NCBI GenBank assembly: GCA_963701855.1
Contig: CAVPBK010000005.1
Coordinates: 96,001-160,000 of the forward strand
From: Nitrospirota bacterium
GTDB taxonomy: Bacteria; Nitrospirota; Nitrospiria; Nitrospirales; Nitrospiraceae
Length of the DNA stretch: 64,000 bases
Direction of reading: 5' to 3'
Both the position numbers and the translations under genes were made by a program. Numbering within the stretch: the first letter of the stretch is position 1; the number at the start of each line of letters is the position of its first letter. A model generated the notes under the pieces. That model had not been told where the DNA came from, ran no database searches, and saw nothing but the letters and a program-made list of their open reading frames with translations. Positions 29,260 through 38,717 of the stretch are shown here, in pieces.

Positions 29260-30969
29260 ATGACCAATAAATTCTGGTTGAGATGTGGCCTGGTAGTTTG
29301 CGGGGCGTTGCTTACGGCAACAGCTCAGGCAGACTTCCCCAGCGTCCCCAAGGAAACCTACGAGGCGCTGAACCTTGATCGGTCCGCCAGCCCCAAGCAA
29401 TTGCATGAGGCGTTGACGAAGCGCTTCGTGGATCCAGGCAGAGGCGCGGGGAAAGGGCAGTACGGCCAGTATTGGGAGCCGATCCCAATGAGCAAGTATT
29501 TCGATCCAATGTCGTTCTACAAGCCCCCGACATCGGTCAAGGAAATCGCGACACGCGAGCAGTGCGTGAAATGCCACACCGATGAGTCGCCGGGGTGGGT
29601 GGAACTTTGGAAAAAGAGTGCTCACGCCAATCTTGACAAGATTCGCAAGCTTACCCCAAAAGACGACACTTTCTACAAGAAGGCGAAGTTAGAGGACGTG
29701 GAAAATAACCTTCGCTCGATTGGCAAGCTCGGACCAACAGAGAACTTGAAGGAAGTCGGCTGCATCGATTGCCACGTTGACATCAACACGAAGAAGAAGG
29801 CCGATCACCGGGTCGACCTGAAGATGCCCACTTCCGATGTGTGCGGCAACTGCCATCTACAAGAATATGCCGAGCGCGAGTCCGAGCGCGACACGATCTT
29901 ATGGCCGAAAAACCAGTGGCCGAGGGGCCGCCCGTCGCACGCGCTGGATTACAGGGCCAACGTCGAGACGGATATCTACGCCGGAATGTCGCAGCGCGAG
30001 ATCGCTGATGGCTGCACAATGTGCCACACCAACCAGAACAAGTGCGATAATTGCCATACCAGGCACGAATTCTCGGTGGCCAACTCCCGCAAGCCTGAAG
30101 CCTGCGGCACCTGTCACAGCGGCGCCGATCACAACAACTGGGAAGCCTACAACGGGTCGCAGCATGGGCTGGGGTACCAGGCCTCTAAAAATCAATGGAA
30201 TTGGAATGTACAGCTCAAGGATGCAGTTGCCAAGGGCGGGCAGCGCTTCCCTACCTGCCAGAGCTGTCATATGGAGTATCAGGGCAAATTCACCCACAAC
30301 ACGGTGCGTAAGGTTCGCTGGGCGAACTATCCCTTCGTGCCTGGCATTAGAGAACCTGTATTTGGCGAATGGGGCCAGAAGCGCCTGGATGCGTGGGTCA
30401 AGACCTGCACAACGTGCCACTCCGAGAGCTTCGCGCGCGCATGGTTGGAGTTTATGGACAACGGCACCTCTGAGGGACTCGATAAATACGATGAGGCGCA
30501 CAACGTAGTCCGTAAGCAGTATGACGCTAGACTCCTCACCGGTCAGAGGAACAACCGGCCTGCTCCTCCAGCGCCGGCTAAGGCCCAGTTCGACCAGTTT
30601 TGGCAGATCTACTGGTCGAAGGGCAACAGCCCTACAGCGATCGAGCTCAAGCTCTTCGAAATGGCTGAGGACCATCTGGTGCAACTGCACGTCAGTCTCG
30701 CGCACCAATATCCAGGGTTCACCTATACTGTCGGCTGGGCAGCGATGAACCGGGCTTATGTCGAAATCATGGACGAGGACACCAAGCTTAAGGAAAAGCT
30801 GATGCTGATGGAACGGGTGGCCAAACTCGAGCAGAGCAAGACCAGTAGCCTGCTGGATTTCGATAGCACGGACGGGAAGCTTACGCTCGGCAGCGTGGGC
30901 GGCGGATTGTTGCTGACCGGCACCCTCGCGCTCGCCGGATGGAGCAGACGCAAGAAGAACCAGCGGTGA
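29260..30969 (+). CDS. haoA: Hydroxylamine oxidoreductase (dehydrogenase)
   Basis: Eight CxxCH motifs, DHNNWE catalytic pair, [13 protein letters not shown] cross-link Tyr region, C-terminal TM. Confidence 0.98.
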   Translation: MTNKFWLRCGLVVCGALLTATAQADFPSVPKETYEALNLDRSASPKQLHEALTKRFVDPGRGAGKGQYGQYWEPIPMSKYFDPMSFYKPPTSVKEIATREQCVKCHTDESPGWVELWKKSAHANLDKIRKLTPKDDTFYKKAKLEDVENNLRSIGKLGPTENLKEVGCIDCHVDINTKKKADHRVDLKMPTSDVCGNCHLQEYAERESERDTILWPKNQWPRGRPSHALDYRANVETDIYAGMSQREIADGCTMCHTNQNKCDNCHTRHEFSVANSRKPEACGTCHSGADHNNWEAYNGSQHGLGYQASKNQWNWNVQLKDAVAKGGQRFPTCQSCHMEYQGKFTHNTVRKVRWANYPFVPGIREPVFGEWGQKRLDAWVKTCTTCHSESFARAWLEFMDNGTSEGLDKYDEAHNVVRKQYDARLLTGQRNNRPAPPAPAKAQFDQFWQIYWSKGNSPTAIELKLFEMAEDHLVQLHVSLAHQYPGFTYTVGWAAMNRAYVEIMDEDTKLKEKLMLMERVAKLEQSKTSSLLDFDSTDGKLTLGSVGGGLLLTGTLALAGWSRRKKNQR

Positions 30970-32015
30970 CAACTGGCGCAGCGCAAACGATGGAAGCAGC
31001 GCTGACGCGATCAAGTAGTAGAGTCCTCCCGTCGCTAGGAATAGTCCTAGTGGCGGGAGGACTTCTTATGCTTGGTTGGTTTGCATTTATGTGGCTCAGT
31101 CCAGGCCCAGCGCCGTATCACTACCGCATGGTGGAAGAGGGCGGTATTGATAAGTTCAGCAAGCTCGGACTAGATGCTTGGCCTGACCTTGGCATCAGCA
31201 AGCAAGAGATTCGAGTAGAGGGTGTGGACGAACCGGTAGCTGTAGCCTATCTTGCCCGCCGCGGAAATTCAAAACCCGTTATGCTCGCTTGGGAAAATTA
31301 CATCGGCGATCCATTGGTTTTCGTCGACAGTAAGCTCTCCGAGCTGACCCTGTTGGCACCAGCGATTGCTAAGCATGTGCCGAAAGGCGCTGCCATTCTT
31401 GCCTGGTGGGACACCTCGCGTCAGATTCAGCTCTTGACTGGGTTAGAGACGGTGTTCACCTCTCATCTCAGTGGACCTATTATCACGCCGTCGCTCTGGC
31501 GACCGCGAATCGAGGCGATCGAGAAATACGAACGCGAGTTCTGGGGCTCTACGGTAAGTGCAGAAGAGAGGGGGAAATTCCAACGCTTTGCTGACGCCCT
31601 GTCGGCAGAGTCGACAGAAGGTGCAGCGATGCTGCGTGAACTGACTGGCGGGCGCGAAGCCTATGTCGTGGTTCACGTCTCGGACCTCTACAAACTCGGG
31701 CAGATGCGCCCCGATCGCATCGGTGTCGCCTACAAGGACTTCCCCTTGAAGGGTGGGGATGTGCATGGTCTAAGCGCGATGGTGAAGCGTTGGCAAATGG
31801 ACAACAACTACACTTCCCAAACGGTGTATGGACTCTCGGAGAGTTTAGTGCGCGCCTACTTCCTCACCGATGCGAAGAGCGATAATACGCTGCTCGCACA
31901 GATGCTGCCCATGACGACCTCGAAGCCTCTCGAATTCAAAGCCCTCCAGTTGGTCCATAAACAGGGAGGCTATTGGGTGTATAAGATTCTGTCTGCGCAG
32001 CCATCGAATATCTGA
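30966..32015 (+). CDS. haoB: Hydroxylamine oxidation protein HaoB
   Basis: N-terminal [11 protein letters not shown] motif, position between haoA and cycA; start uncertain. Confidence 0.92.
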   Translation: MTTGAAQTMEAALTRSSSRVLPSLGIVLVAGGLLMLGWFAFMWLSPGPAPYHYRMVEEGGIDKFSKLGLDAWPDLGISKQEIRVEGVDEPVAVAYLARRGNSKPVMLAWENYIGDPLVFVDSKLSELTLLAPAIAKHVPKGAAILAWWDTSRQIQLLTGLETVFTSHLSGPIITPSLWRPRIEAIEKYEREFWGSTVSAEERGKFQRFADALSAESTEGAAMLRELTGGREAYVVVHVSDLYKLGQMRPDRIGVAYKDFPLKGGDVHGLSAMVKRWQMDNNYTSQTVYGLSESLVRAYFLTDAKSDNTLLAQMLPMTTSKPLEFKALQLVHKQGGYWVYKILSAQPSNI

Positions 32016-32140
32016 TTCTTTGAGTGGCCGAAGTGGAAGGACCGGTATTGAAAAACTTGTACACTCTCGATAGAGTAACGCACAGTCGATTTTTCAAGCA
32101 CGACCACGCATAGTTTTCTAGATAGAAAGGAGACACACCA

Positions 32141-32860
32141 GTGAAACATCTCATGACACTCACACTTGCCGCTACGGCGTTGTTTGCTGTCTTAGTCGGA
32201 ACCGCTGCCGCCGAAACTTCATTTGAGGGACGGAAGAAATGTAGTAATTGTCACAAGAGTGAGGCCGATTCATGGCTCAAGACCGCCCATGCCAAAGCGG
32301 TCGACTCGCTCAAAGCCGACAGGAATAAGGAAAAGAATGCAGCCATGGTCAAGGCAAAGCTTGACCCTAAAAAGGACTTTAGCAAGGACAAGGATTGCAT
32401 CGGCTGCCATGTGACTGGATTCGGGGTAGAAGGTGGGTATGAAATTTCGGAGCCGGACAAGTTCTTGATCGGTGTAGGTTGTGAATCCTGCCATGGGGCC
32501 GGTCCAGATTACCGCAAGATTCACCGTAAGGCAGGCGAGGCCTTTGAAAAGTCGAAAAAGGTCACGCCGCGCGAGTCCCTCGCGGAAGCCGGACAAGAGT
32601 TTGAGTTCATTGAGAAGTGCAGCTCGTGCCACCTGAACTACGAGGGCTCTGGGTGGAAAGGGACTAAGAAACCCTACACGCCTTTCACCCCCACTGTAGA
32701 CAAGAAGTATACGTTCGACTTTGAGAAGATGGTGCGGAACAACAAGGCCATGCATGAACACTTTAAGCTAGCGGGCACGTTTGAAGGTCCGCCTACCCCA
32801 AAGTTCCATGAAGAGTTCCAAAAAGATGCCAAGCCGGCTGAAATCGGTAAGGAGGAGTAA
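32141..32860 (+). CDS. cycA: Tetraheme cytochrome c554
   Basis: FEGRKKCSNCH, CIGCH, CESCHG, CSSCH, MHEHFKL. Confidence 0.96.
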   Translation: MKHLMTLTLAATALFAVLVGTAAAETSFEGRKKCSNCHKSEADSWLKTAHAKAVDSLKADRNKEKNAAMVKAKLDPKKDFSKDKDCIGCHVTGFGVEGGYEISEPDKFLIGVGCESCHGAGPDYRKIHRKAGEAFEKSKKVTPRESLAEAGQEFEFIEKCSSCHLNYEGSGWKGTKKPYTPFTPTVDKKYTFDFEKMVRNNKAMHEHFKLAGTFEGPPTPKFHEEFQKDAKPAEIGKEE

Positions 32861-33447
32861 TGGCAGAGTGGGGTAGAGTTTCGATCGGTGCCCTGATTCT
32901 TGGCGCAGCGATTGGCGTCGGAACTATTGCGGTGGTATTCGGAGGTGAAGCGGCCATATCCAGGACCGAGTTCTGCGTGAGCTGCCACTCCGAGACCTAC
33001 CCGTATGAGGAACTGAAGAAGTCCTCGCATTGGGGCGCGCTCGGTTCAGACCCTGGCTGTAAAAACTGCCATGTCCCGCAGGGTTTCCAGAACTTCCATC
33101 TGGCGTTGTGGACACATATCGTGGATGGACTGCCGTTCCTGATAGAAGAGTTCACCGTTGATTACTCGACGATCGAAAAGTTCAATGAGCGGCGGCCGGA
33201 GGCAGCCTACAGGGCACGGATGAAGCTGAAGGGGTGGGACAGCATGACCTGCCGGGCCTGCCACAGTAATCCAAAGCCGCCAGGTGCATCCGCCAAAGCT
33301 GCGCATAAGAAGATGGAGACGGAGGGTGCAACCTGCATCGATTGCCACCAGAATCTTGTGCATAAAAAAGTCCCAGAGACGGATCTCAATGCCAGTCTGG
33401 CTCAAGGCAAGATGGTGTTGAAGGAAGAGAAGAAAGAGAAAGACTGA
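32860..33447 (+). CDS. cycB: Membrane tetraheme cytochrome cm552 (NapC/NirT family)
   Basis: N-terminal TM plus four CxxCH motifs. Confidence 0.95.
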   Translation: MAEWGRVSIGALILGAAIGVGTIAVVFGGEAAISRTEFCVSCHSETYPYEELKKSSHWGALGSDPGCKNCHVPQGFQNFHLALWTHIVDGLPFLIEEFTVDYSTIEKFNERRPEAAYRARMKLKGWDSMTCRACHSNPKPPGASAKAAHKKMETEGATCIDCHQNLVHKKVPETDLNASLAQGKMVLKEEKKEKD

Positions 33448-33828
33448 TCCACGGAGTTCTCTTCTCGAATTGTTATCCGACTTTGTCATTCTTGGCGGGA
33501 AGCTGCATACAACGGCAGTTCTCCCGCCAATCTCTTATTTGCCAACAATCCAGTAACTTCTGTAATGCATGTGGCTCGTTCTTGATCGTCTGATCGTGAA
33601 GGGGTATCCTTGCTTGCGTAAAACCACCGTAGCCGAGTGACTCGTGGTTTTGACTGATCCCTGCTGAGTTGACGTGAGGTCGGCTACAGGTTAGATTTCG
33701 ACCACAGGAGAATCCGCAGCCTATCCCGTGGCATCAGACGTACTCTATGATGGGCCCTGTTTCCTATCGCGTATTCAAGTGCTCAACAATTGAGCGTAAG
33801 TAACAGATTCATGAGAGGTTGAAATTCG

Positions 33829-34743
33829 ATGAGGTCGAGTTTGCTACGCCATTTCCCTGAGATTGATGCCGCCTATACGCATAGGAAAAGGGACTACACC
33901 ATAGCGGCGGTCACGTTTGCTTCTGTTGCGATCTGTATGGCGTTTGAAGTAAGCGGGAGTGTGTGGAAACAATATGCCCTAGGGTGTATCGCGTTGGTAT
34001 GTCTGATTGGGTTCTTGCGGGGTGAGACGAGAGAAGTACGATTGCAGGTTGCAGTGGCAGTCGCGTTTACGACAATCGGTGAATATGTGGCGTCTGTCTG
34101 TATGGGTGGCTACACCTATCGCTTCGACAATGTGCCGGCCTATGTGCCACTCGGTCACGGAATGGTGTATTTAACTTCCATTGCGTTGGCGCGTTCCGGG
34201 CTGTTTATTAAATATGCAAGAGTAATTACCACAACAGTGATTGTGATGTGCGGAGCATGGTCGATTTGGGGGATCAGCGGGATCCCAGAACAGGGTGATG
34301 TAGGAGGGGCGGTGCTCTTCTCTGTGTTTTTGATCTGTCTGTTTAGAGGTCGCTCGCCATTGGTGTACCTCGCGGCATTCTTTATTACAACTTGGCTGGA
34401 GATACTCGGCACAGCAGCTGGGGCCTGGAAATGGGCCTTGGTAGACCCTGTGTTTGGTTTGGCCCAGGGAAACCCTCCAAGTGGGGTTGCTGTCTGGTAT
34501 TGCCTTGTTGATGCGGTGGCCCTCACTGGAGGGCCTCTATTATCGCGCGGCCTGGAGAATGCCAGCGGATGGCTTACATCTAAGGGCTATTATCCTGAAC
34601 GAGTGGGGAGACTGTCAGATCTTCTAGGTTTCCGAGGTCATGTACGTGAGGATATTCAAACGCAGATACACCGCACCTCGCAGGCCATCAGTACATCGTT
34701 AAAGAACCCCGATCTTGCCGTCGAGCCTCTCGACAAAACCTAA
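33829..34743 (+). CDS. Conserved polytopic membrane protein of unknown function
   Basis: About 7-8 TMs; repeated E...Y.Y/W.W...NVP/NPP pattern (YTYRFDNVPAYVPLGHG; WKWA...GNPPSG). Confidence 0.8.
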   Translation: MRSSLLRHFPEIDAAYTHRKRDYTIAAVTFASVAICMAFEVSGSVWKQYALGCIALVCLIGFLRGETREVRLQVAVAVAFTTIGEYVASVCMGGYTYRFDNVPAYVPLGHGMVYLTSIALARSGLFIKYARVITTTVIVMCGAWSIWGISGIPEQGDVGGAVLFSVFLICLFRGRSPLVYLAAFFITTWLEILGTAAGAWKWALVDPVFGLAQGNPPSGVAVWYCLVDAVALTGGPLLSRGLENASGWLTSKGYYPERVGRLSDLLGFRGHVREDIQTQIHRTSQAISTSLKNPDLAVEPLDKT

Positions 34744-35014
34744 TTCCACGCCACACCTGGACGAGGCTCATCCCAATTCTCCAACCACAGGACTACATCG
34801 TGATGGCGCTCAAGAGTGCAGGCCGACACCCTCCGTTTGCCCATATTCCCGCCCTGCTCACCAGGGCTCAACCCAGTCAAGCACCGCTGGGGTGACCTGC
34901 GCGAGAAACCCCTTCACAAAATGATTTTCAGTAGCGATGCCCGTAACGGGCCAGGAGTAGAAAGTGTTCAGCCGTCAGCGTGAAGCTAATCTATGAATCA
35001 CCGTGGAACGAGCA

Positions 35015-35034
35015 GGGGGGGCGTACGCCCCCCC
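35015..35034. terminator. GC hairpin between convergent genes
   Basis: GGGGGGGCG-TA-CGCCCCCCC. Confidence 0.45.
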
Positions 35035-35069
35035 TTAATCACCCAATGACCTAAGACTCACTTCTGAGT

Positions 35070-35585
35070 CTACTTCGCGTCATCGCGCACACACCAGACA
35101 TAGTTCGTGTTGGTCTTAAAATCGTTGCCTACGAGGCCATAGTCGAAGTTTACGTCCCACGCGCTCATCGTATAGTCTTCATGCTCCGTCGACGTCCAAT
35201 AGCCAAAAAACTCGATGTTGGAAAATGGATGGCCAGGCGGGAGGGCAGGGGGAGGATATATCGTGTGATCCGCCAGGGTCGCCAACTCTTTGACTGCGGG
35301 CAAGCGCCAGCCCTTTTTGCCACCGACGGTCTTTTTCGCACAGATACCGGCGGCATTTTTCCAAACCGTCCTCGCTCTCGTCGGTATTGTCTCCCATACC
35401 AGCCCCGTCTCATTATCCAGCACCCCCTCATTATTCATGGCCTCTAGCACGACAAACCGCGCGCTCTGCGACTCAGCTGCTTCAGCAGGGGTGGCTCCTG
35501 AGCCGAAACCAGCCAGCGCCAGGCATACAACAGCCAGCCCCACAGCCCCGATGCGGCTCACCCATTTGGTTCTACTGCTTTTCAT
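35070..35585 (-). CDS. Exported Lcl C-terminal / DUF1566 domain protein
   Basis: Signal peptide, VLDNETGLVWE, WKNA..C, GWRLP..EL, YWTST, WCVR. Confidence 0.88.
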   Translation of the reverse strand: MKSSRTKWVSRIGAVGLAVVCLALAGFGSGATPAEAAESQSARFVVLEAMNNEGVLDNETGLVWETIPTRARTVWKNAAGICAKKTVGGKKGWRLPAVKELATLADHTIYPPPALPPGHPFSNIEFFGYWTSTEHEDYTMSAWDVNFDYGLVGNDFKTNTNYVWCVRDDAK

Positions 35586-35704
35586 GTCGACCCTCCCCGT
35601 CTAATGTTACTCTGGTGCGACCCTTACGGCAGTGATGCCATGAGCACTACTGCTATTGAGGCCGCTGTGTCTTGCCATCATCCCAATCATTTCCCTGCAG
35701 GTTA

Positions 35705-36709
35705 CTACAGCCCTTTGAAAAGGCTAGGATTGGTTGGACCATCTATCTTGAGCAGGCCGAGGGCGCCTTTTTCGGTGCGGAAGATCGAATGGTCAACCGA
35801 AACAAACGTGCCGGGCATTTCGCCTTTAAATTCTCCTATGGTCGCTTCACCTGGCGGCACCAGGGTGCTTTGGATACTCTCATATGGCGCTTTTGCCACG
35901 TTACCTCCTGGCCACACCCGATCTAACATCTCGCCGATGACGTGCCACGAAGAATCAAAGTTGACTCCTGCATTGCCAAAGAACCATCGATCGGTCTCTC
36001 CCACTTTAGATCGTAGCGGAACTTTGACCAGCGCGGTCATATGGCCGTTATGCACTATATAAGAAGCATCCGCATCTGTCACCTTTTGATTCGAAAAAAC
36101 CAGGGTATCATTCTTCTTGCCATCCTTCATGTAAAATTCGCTCTGCATGACATAGAATTCTTTTTCGACAGGCTTCAGCCCACCAACCGGCTCAACTAAG
36201 ATCAAGCCGTACATGCCACTCAAAAGGTGTTGTATGTTGGCTGGCGCTGCAGTGGAGGACTGATAGACAAAGAGACCTTGGTTGGTGGCCTTAAATGTTA
36301 TCTGAGCTTCCTTCCCGGGCTCCGCATTGACCAGGGCGGCTCCGCCACTGGCCTTATTGAAGTCAAGATTGTGACTCTGCTTGCTGTCCTTCTTGTTCTT
36401 CAAATGGACTTCAACCGTATCGCCCACCATGACGCGGATCATGGGCCCTGGCACCATTCCATTAACACCCCAGAACTCATAATTGTTATCGTCGCTAATC
36501 GGACCGACCCACTCGGACGCTTCCAGGTTGACCACGACGGTGGCGGGCTGGGTTCGTGTGATGGGAGGGGGAACATTGGGTGCCTTCGTCAGTTGGGCTT
36601 GGATGGTTTCCGCCGACACCACGCCTGCATTGATGGCAAGACAGGGAGCCATGACCAATGCGCTGATCAATCCGGCATGACGCACGCTACGCAAAAAACT
36701 CTTGGACAT
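35705..36709 (-). CDS. NirK-family paralog 'B': domain-1 Cu ligands lost, domain-2 ligands intact
   Basis: HNLDFN (T2 His to Asn), YQSS (T2 His to Gln, T1 Cys to Ser); WHVIGE and VDHSIFR retained. Confidence 0.9.
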   Translation of the reverse strand: MSKSFLRSVRHAGLISALVMAPCLAINAGVVSAETIQAQLTKAPNVPPPITRTQPATVVVNLEASEWVGPISDDNNYEFWGVNGMVPGPMIRVMVGDTVEVHLKNKKDSKQSHNLDFNKASGGAALVNAEPGKEAQITFKATNQGLFVYQSSTAAPANIQHLLSGMYGLILVEPVGGLKPVEKEFYVMQSEFYMKDGKKNDTLVFSNQKVTDADASYIVHNGHMTALVKVPLRSKVGETDRWFFGNAGVNFDSSWHVIGEMLDRVWPGGNVAKAPYESIQSTLVPPGEATIGEFKGEMPGTFVSVDHSIFRTEKGALGLLKIDGPTNPSLFKGL

Positions 36710-36822
36710 GACGCCTCCTTTAATTTTGGATTAACTCTGTGCGGCCATCATCCTGATCACCTGCCTGCAGAGTACTTAAGGCCTTTGTAGATGGCCTAGC
36801 TGGCGGATTCTCTAGACTACCT

Positions 36823-37800
36823 TCAGTCTACCTTCAGCAGGCCAAGGGCGCCTTTGTCCTTTCGATCCTTCACTGGGTCAACGATAGTATAGGTGCCCGC
36901 CTTGACTTTAAACTCTACCATGACAGCGCCACCTGTAGGAATCCTGGTAACCTTGACATTCTCCGCCGGAGGTGAGGTCAAAGAACCCTCGGTGTACACC
37001 CTGTCCATCGTCTGTTCGAGGATCTGCAAAGACGAGACAAAGTTGGGTCCTGAGTTGGTTAAGAAAATCCGAACTGTGTCTCCGGCCTTGGCTCGAAGAG
37101 GATTTTTGACCAGCGAGCTCGCATTGCCGTTATATACAACATGGGAGGGGCGCTCGTCCAACCCATTTTCGTACGAAAACTCCAAGGTCTCGCCCTTGCC
37201 GCCCTCTTTCGAGTAAAACTCGCTTTCCATGATCTGGAATTCTTTTTCGACAGGCTTCAGCCCACCGACTGGCTCAACTATGATCGTGCCGTACATGCCA
37301 TTCGAAATGTGCTCGGGAATGGATGGCGATGCGGTGGCGCAGTGATACAAAAAGACGCCAGGAATGATCATCTTAAACTTTCCCCCGCTCTCCTGCCCTG
37401 GCTCGCTATTGAGCAGGCTAGCCCCGCCGCCTGGTCCCGTGATCGCATGGAAGTCAATATTATGAGATTCCTTGCTGTCCTTATGGTTCTTCAAACGGAT
37501 TTCAACCGTATCGCCCACCATGACGCGGATCATGGGCCCTGGCACGTTTTTATTAAAACCCCAAAACTCATAGTTGTTATCGTCGCTAAGCGGACCGACC
37601 CACTCGTTCGATTCCAGGTTGACCACGACGGTGGCGGGCTGGGTTCGTGTGATGGGAGGAGGAACATTGGGTGCGATCGCCAGTTGGGCTTTGATGGTCT
37701 CCGCCGACACCACGCCTGCGTTGATGGCAAGACACGGAGCCATGACCAATGCGCTGATCAATCCGGCATGACGCACATTACGCGAAAAACTTTTGGACAT
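36823..37800 (-). CDS. NirK-family paralog 'A': domain-1 Cu ligands intact, domain-2 ligands lost
   Basis: HNIDFH and YHCATASPSIPEHISNGM retained; SSLQILE (catalytic His to Gln) and VDPVK (T2 His to Pro). Confidence 0.9.
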   Translation of the reverse strand: MSKSFSRNVRHAGLISALVMAPCLAINAGVVSAETIKAQLAIAPNVPPPITRTQPATVVVNLESNEWVGPLSDDNNYEFWGFNKNVPGPMIRVMVGDTVEIRLKNHKDSKESHNIDFHAITGPGGGASLLNSEPGQESGGKFKMIIPGVFLYHCATASPSIPEHISNGMYGTIIVEPVGGLKPVEKEFQIMESEFYSKEGGKGETLEFSYENGLDERPSHVVYNGNASSLVKNPLRAKAGDTVRIFLTNSGPNFVSSLQILEQTMDRVYTEGSLTSPPAENVKVTRIPTGGAVMVEFKVKAGTYTIVDPVKDRKDKGALGLLKVD

Positions 37801-37908
37801 GACGCCTCCTTTGATTTTGGACTGCCCTGACGGTTTCTTCTCTCATACGACGTGGGACGAACCGAATGGTTTCAGCCCCGGTTCAGGGCATTGTCATTAC
37901 CCGCCTGC

Positions 37909-38370
37909 TTAAGGTTTGTAACATGAGTGGTCGTGCGGCTTGCCCCCGTTCGAGAACTGGTTCTCAAACGCCATCACATGCCAGATCTGCTCCTCCGACA
38001 GCATGCTCTTCCAGGCTTTCATCTTCGTCTTCGGGATACCTTCCGAAATTCGCCAGTACCAGAAGCTGTCGGACCAACGGCAGATATTTTTAGGATCACG
38101 CATATCCCGCGCACCCTTTTTTACGGGTTGACCATCCTTACCATGGCAGCTGCCACAGTTGACCTGCGGATTAGCCTCGCCGCTGTAAATCAGCGCTCCA
38201 TCTTCGATAGCCTTAGGATCCGTCCACCCTCCAGCCGGCATTTTTTTGTCTGCATACTCGGCTGGAACCGGGGGCAAAGGGGGTTCATCTTCAGCGAAGG
38301 CCATGCCCCCTGACAGAATCAGAGCGCTCCCCAGCATCATGATCGACATACCGAAATACCTTCCCGTCAT
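37909..38370 (-). CDS. Periplasmic monoheme class I cytochrome c
   Basis: Signal peptide, CGSCHG, EGIPKTKMKAW axial Met; RBS GGAGG. Confidence 0.9.
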   Translation of the reverse strand: MTGRYFGMSIMMLGSALILSGGMAFAEDEPPLPPVPAEYADKKMPAGGWTDPKAIEDGALIYSGEANPQVNCGSCHGKDGQPVKKGARDMRDPKNICRWSDSFWYWRISEGIPKTKMKAWKSMLSEEQIWHVMAFENQFSNGGKPHDHSCYKP

Positions 38371-38717
38371 TCCCGCCTCCTATTTCTTTAAATGGTGAGT
38401 CTGGTCAATCGACGAGGTCCTGCCTCATGGGGTACATTCAGTAGTGCTCCCCTTTGGGCCACCACATTGGAGATAATCCAGTCCTGCCACACCAACGGCA
38501 GCAGGGACCGTCTAGGCACAACCACAGGCCGGGAAAGTTGTCTACCATGGCGCCCTTCTCTCGATCTGTGGCGGCAATTTAATATACAAATTACCTAGTG
38601 TCAAGAGGTCGTATAGCGCTGTCAACCCAATTTTTCTGTGGGTCATCACTACGGCCTGTATGACATGTCGCATCGCGTATCGGGTCGTCATATCCATGGC
38701 GATCATTTGATGGCTCC

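Noticed and set aside
29899..31014. 371-aa antisense ORF over haoA, and similar long antisense ORFs over malQ, amoC, ppdK, nirK and hsdR
   Set aside because: Shadow frames of strongly biased GC-rich genes; no motifs or RBS
35705..37800. Reading the two NirK paralogs as pseudogenes
   Set aside because: No stops or frameshifts, intact signal peptides and RBSs, and ligand losses are reciprocal rather than random
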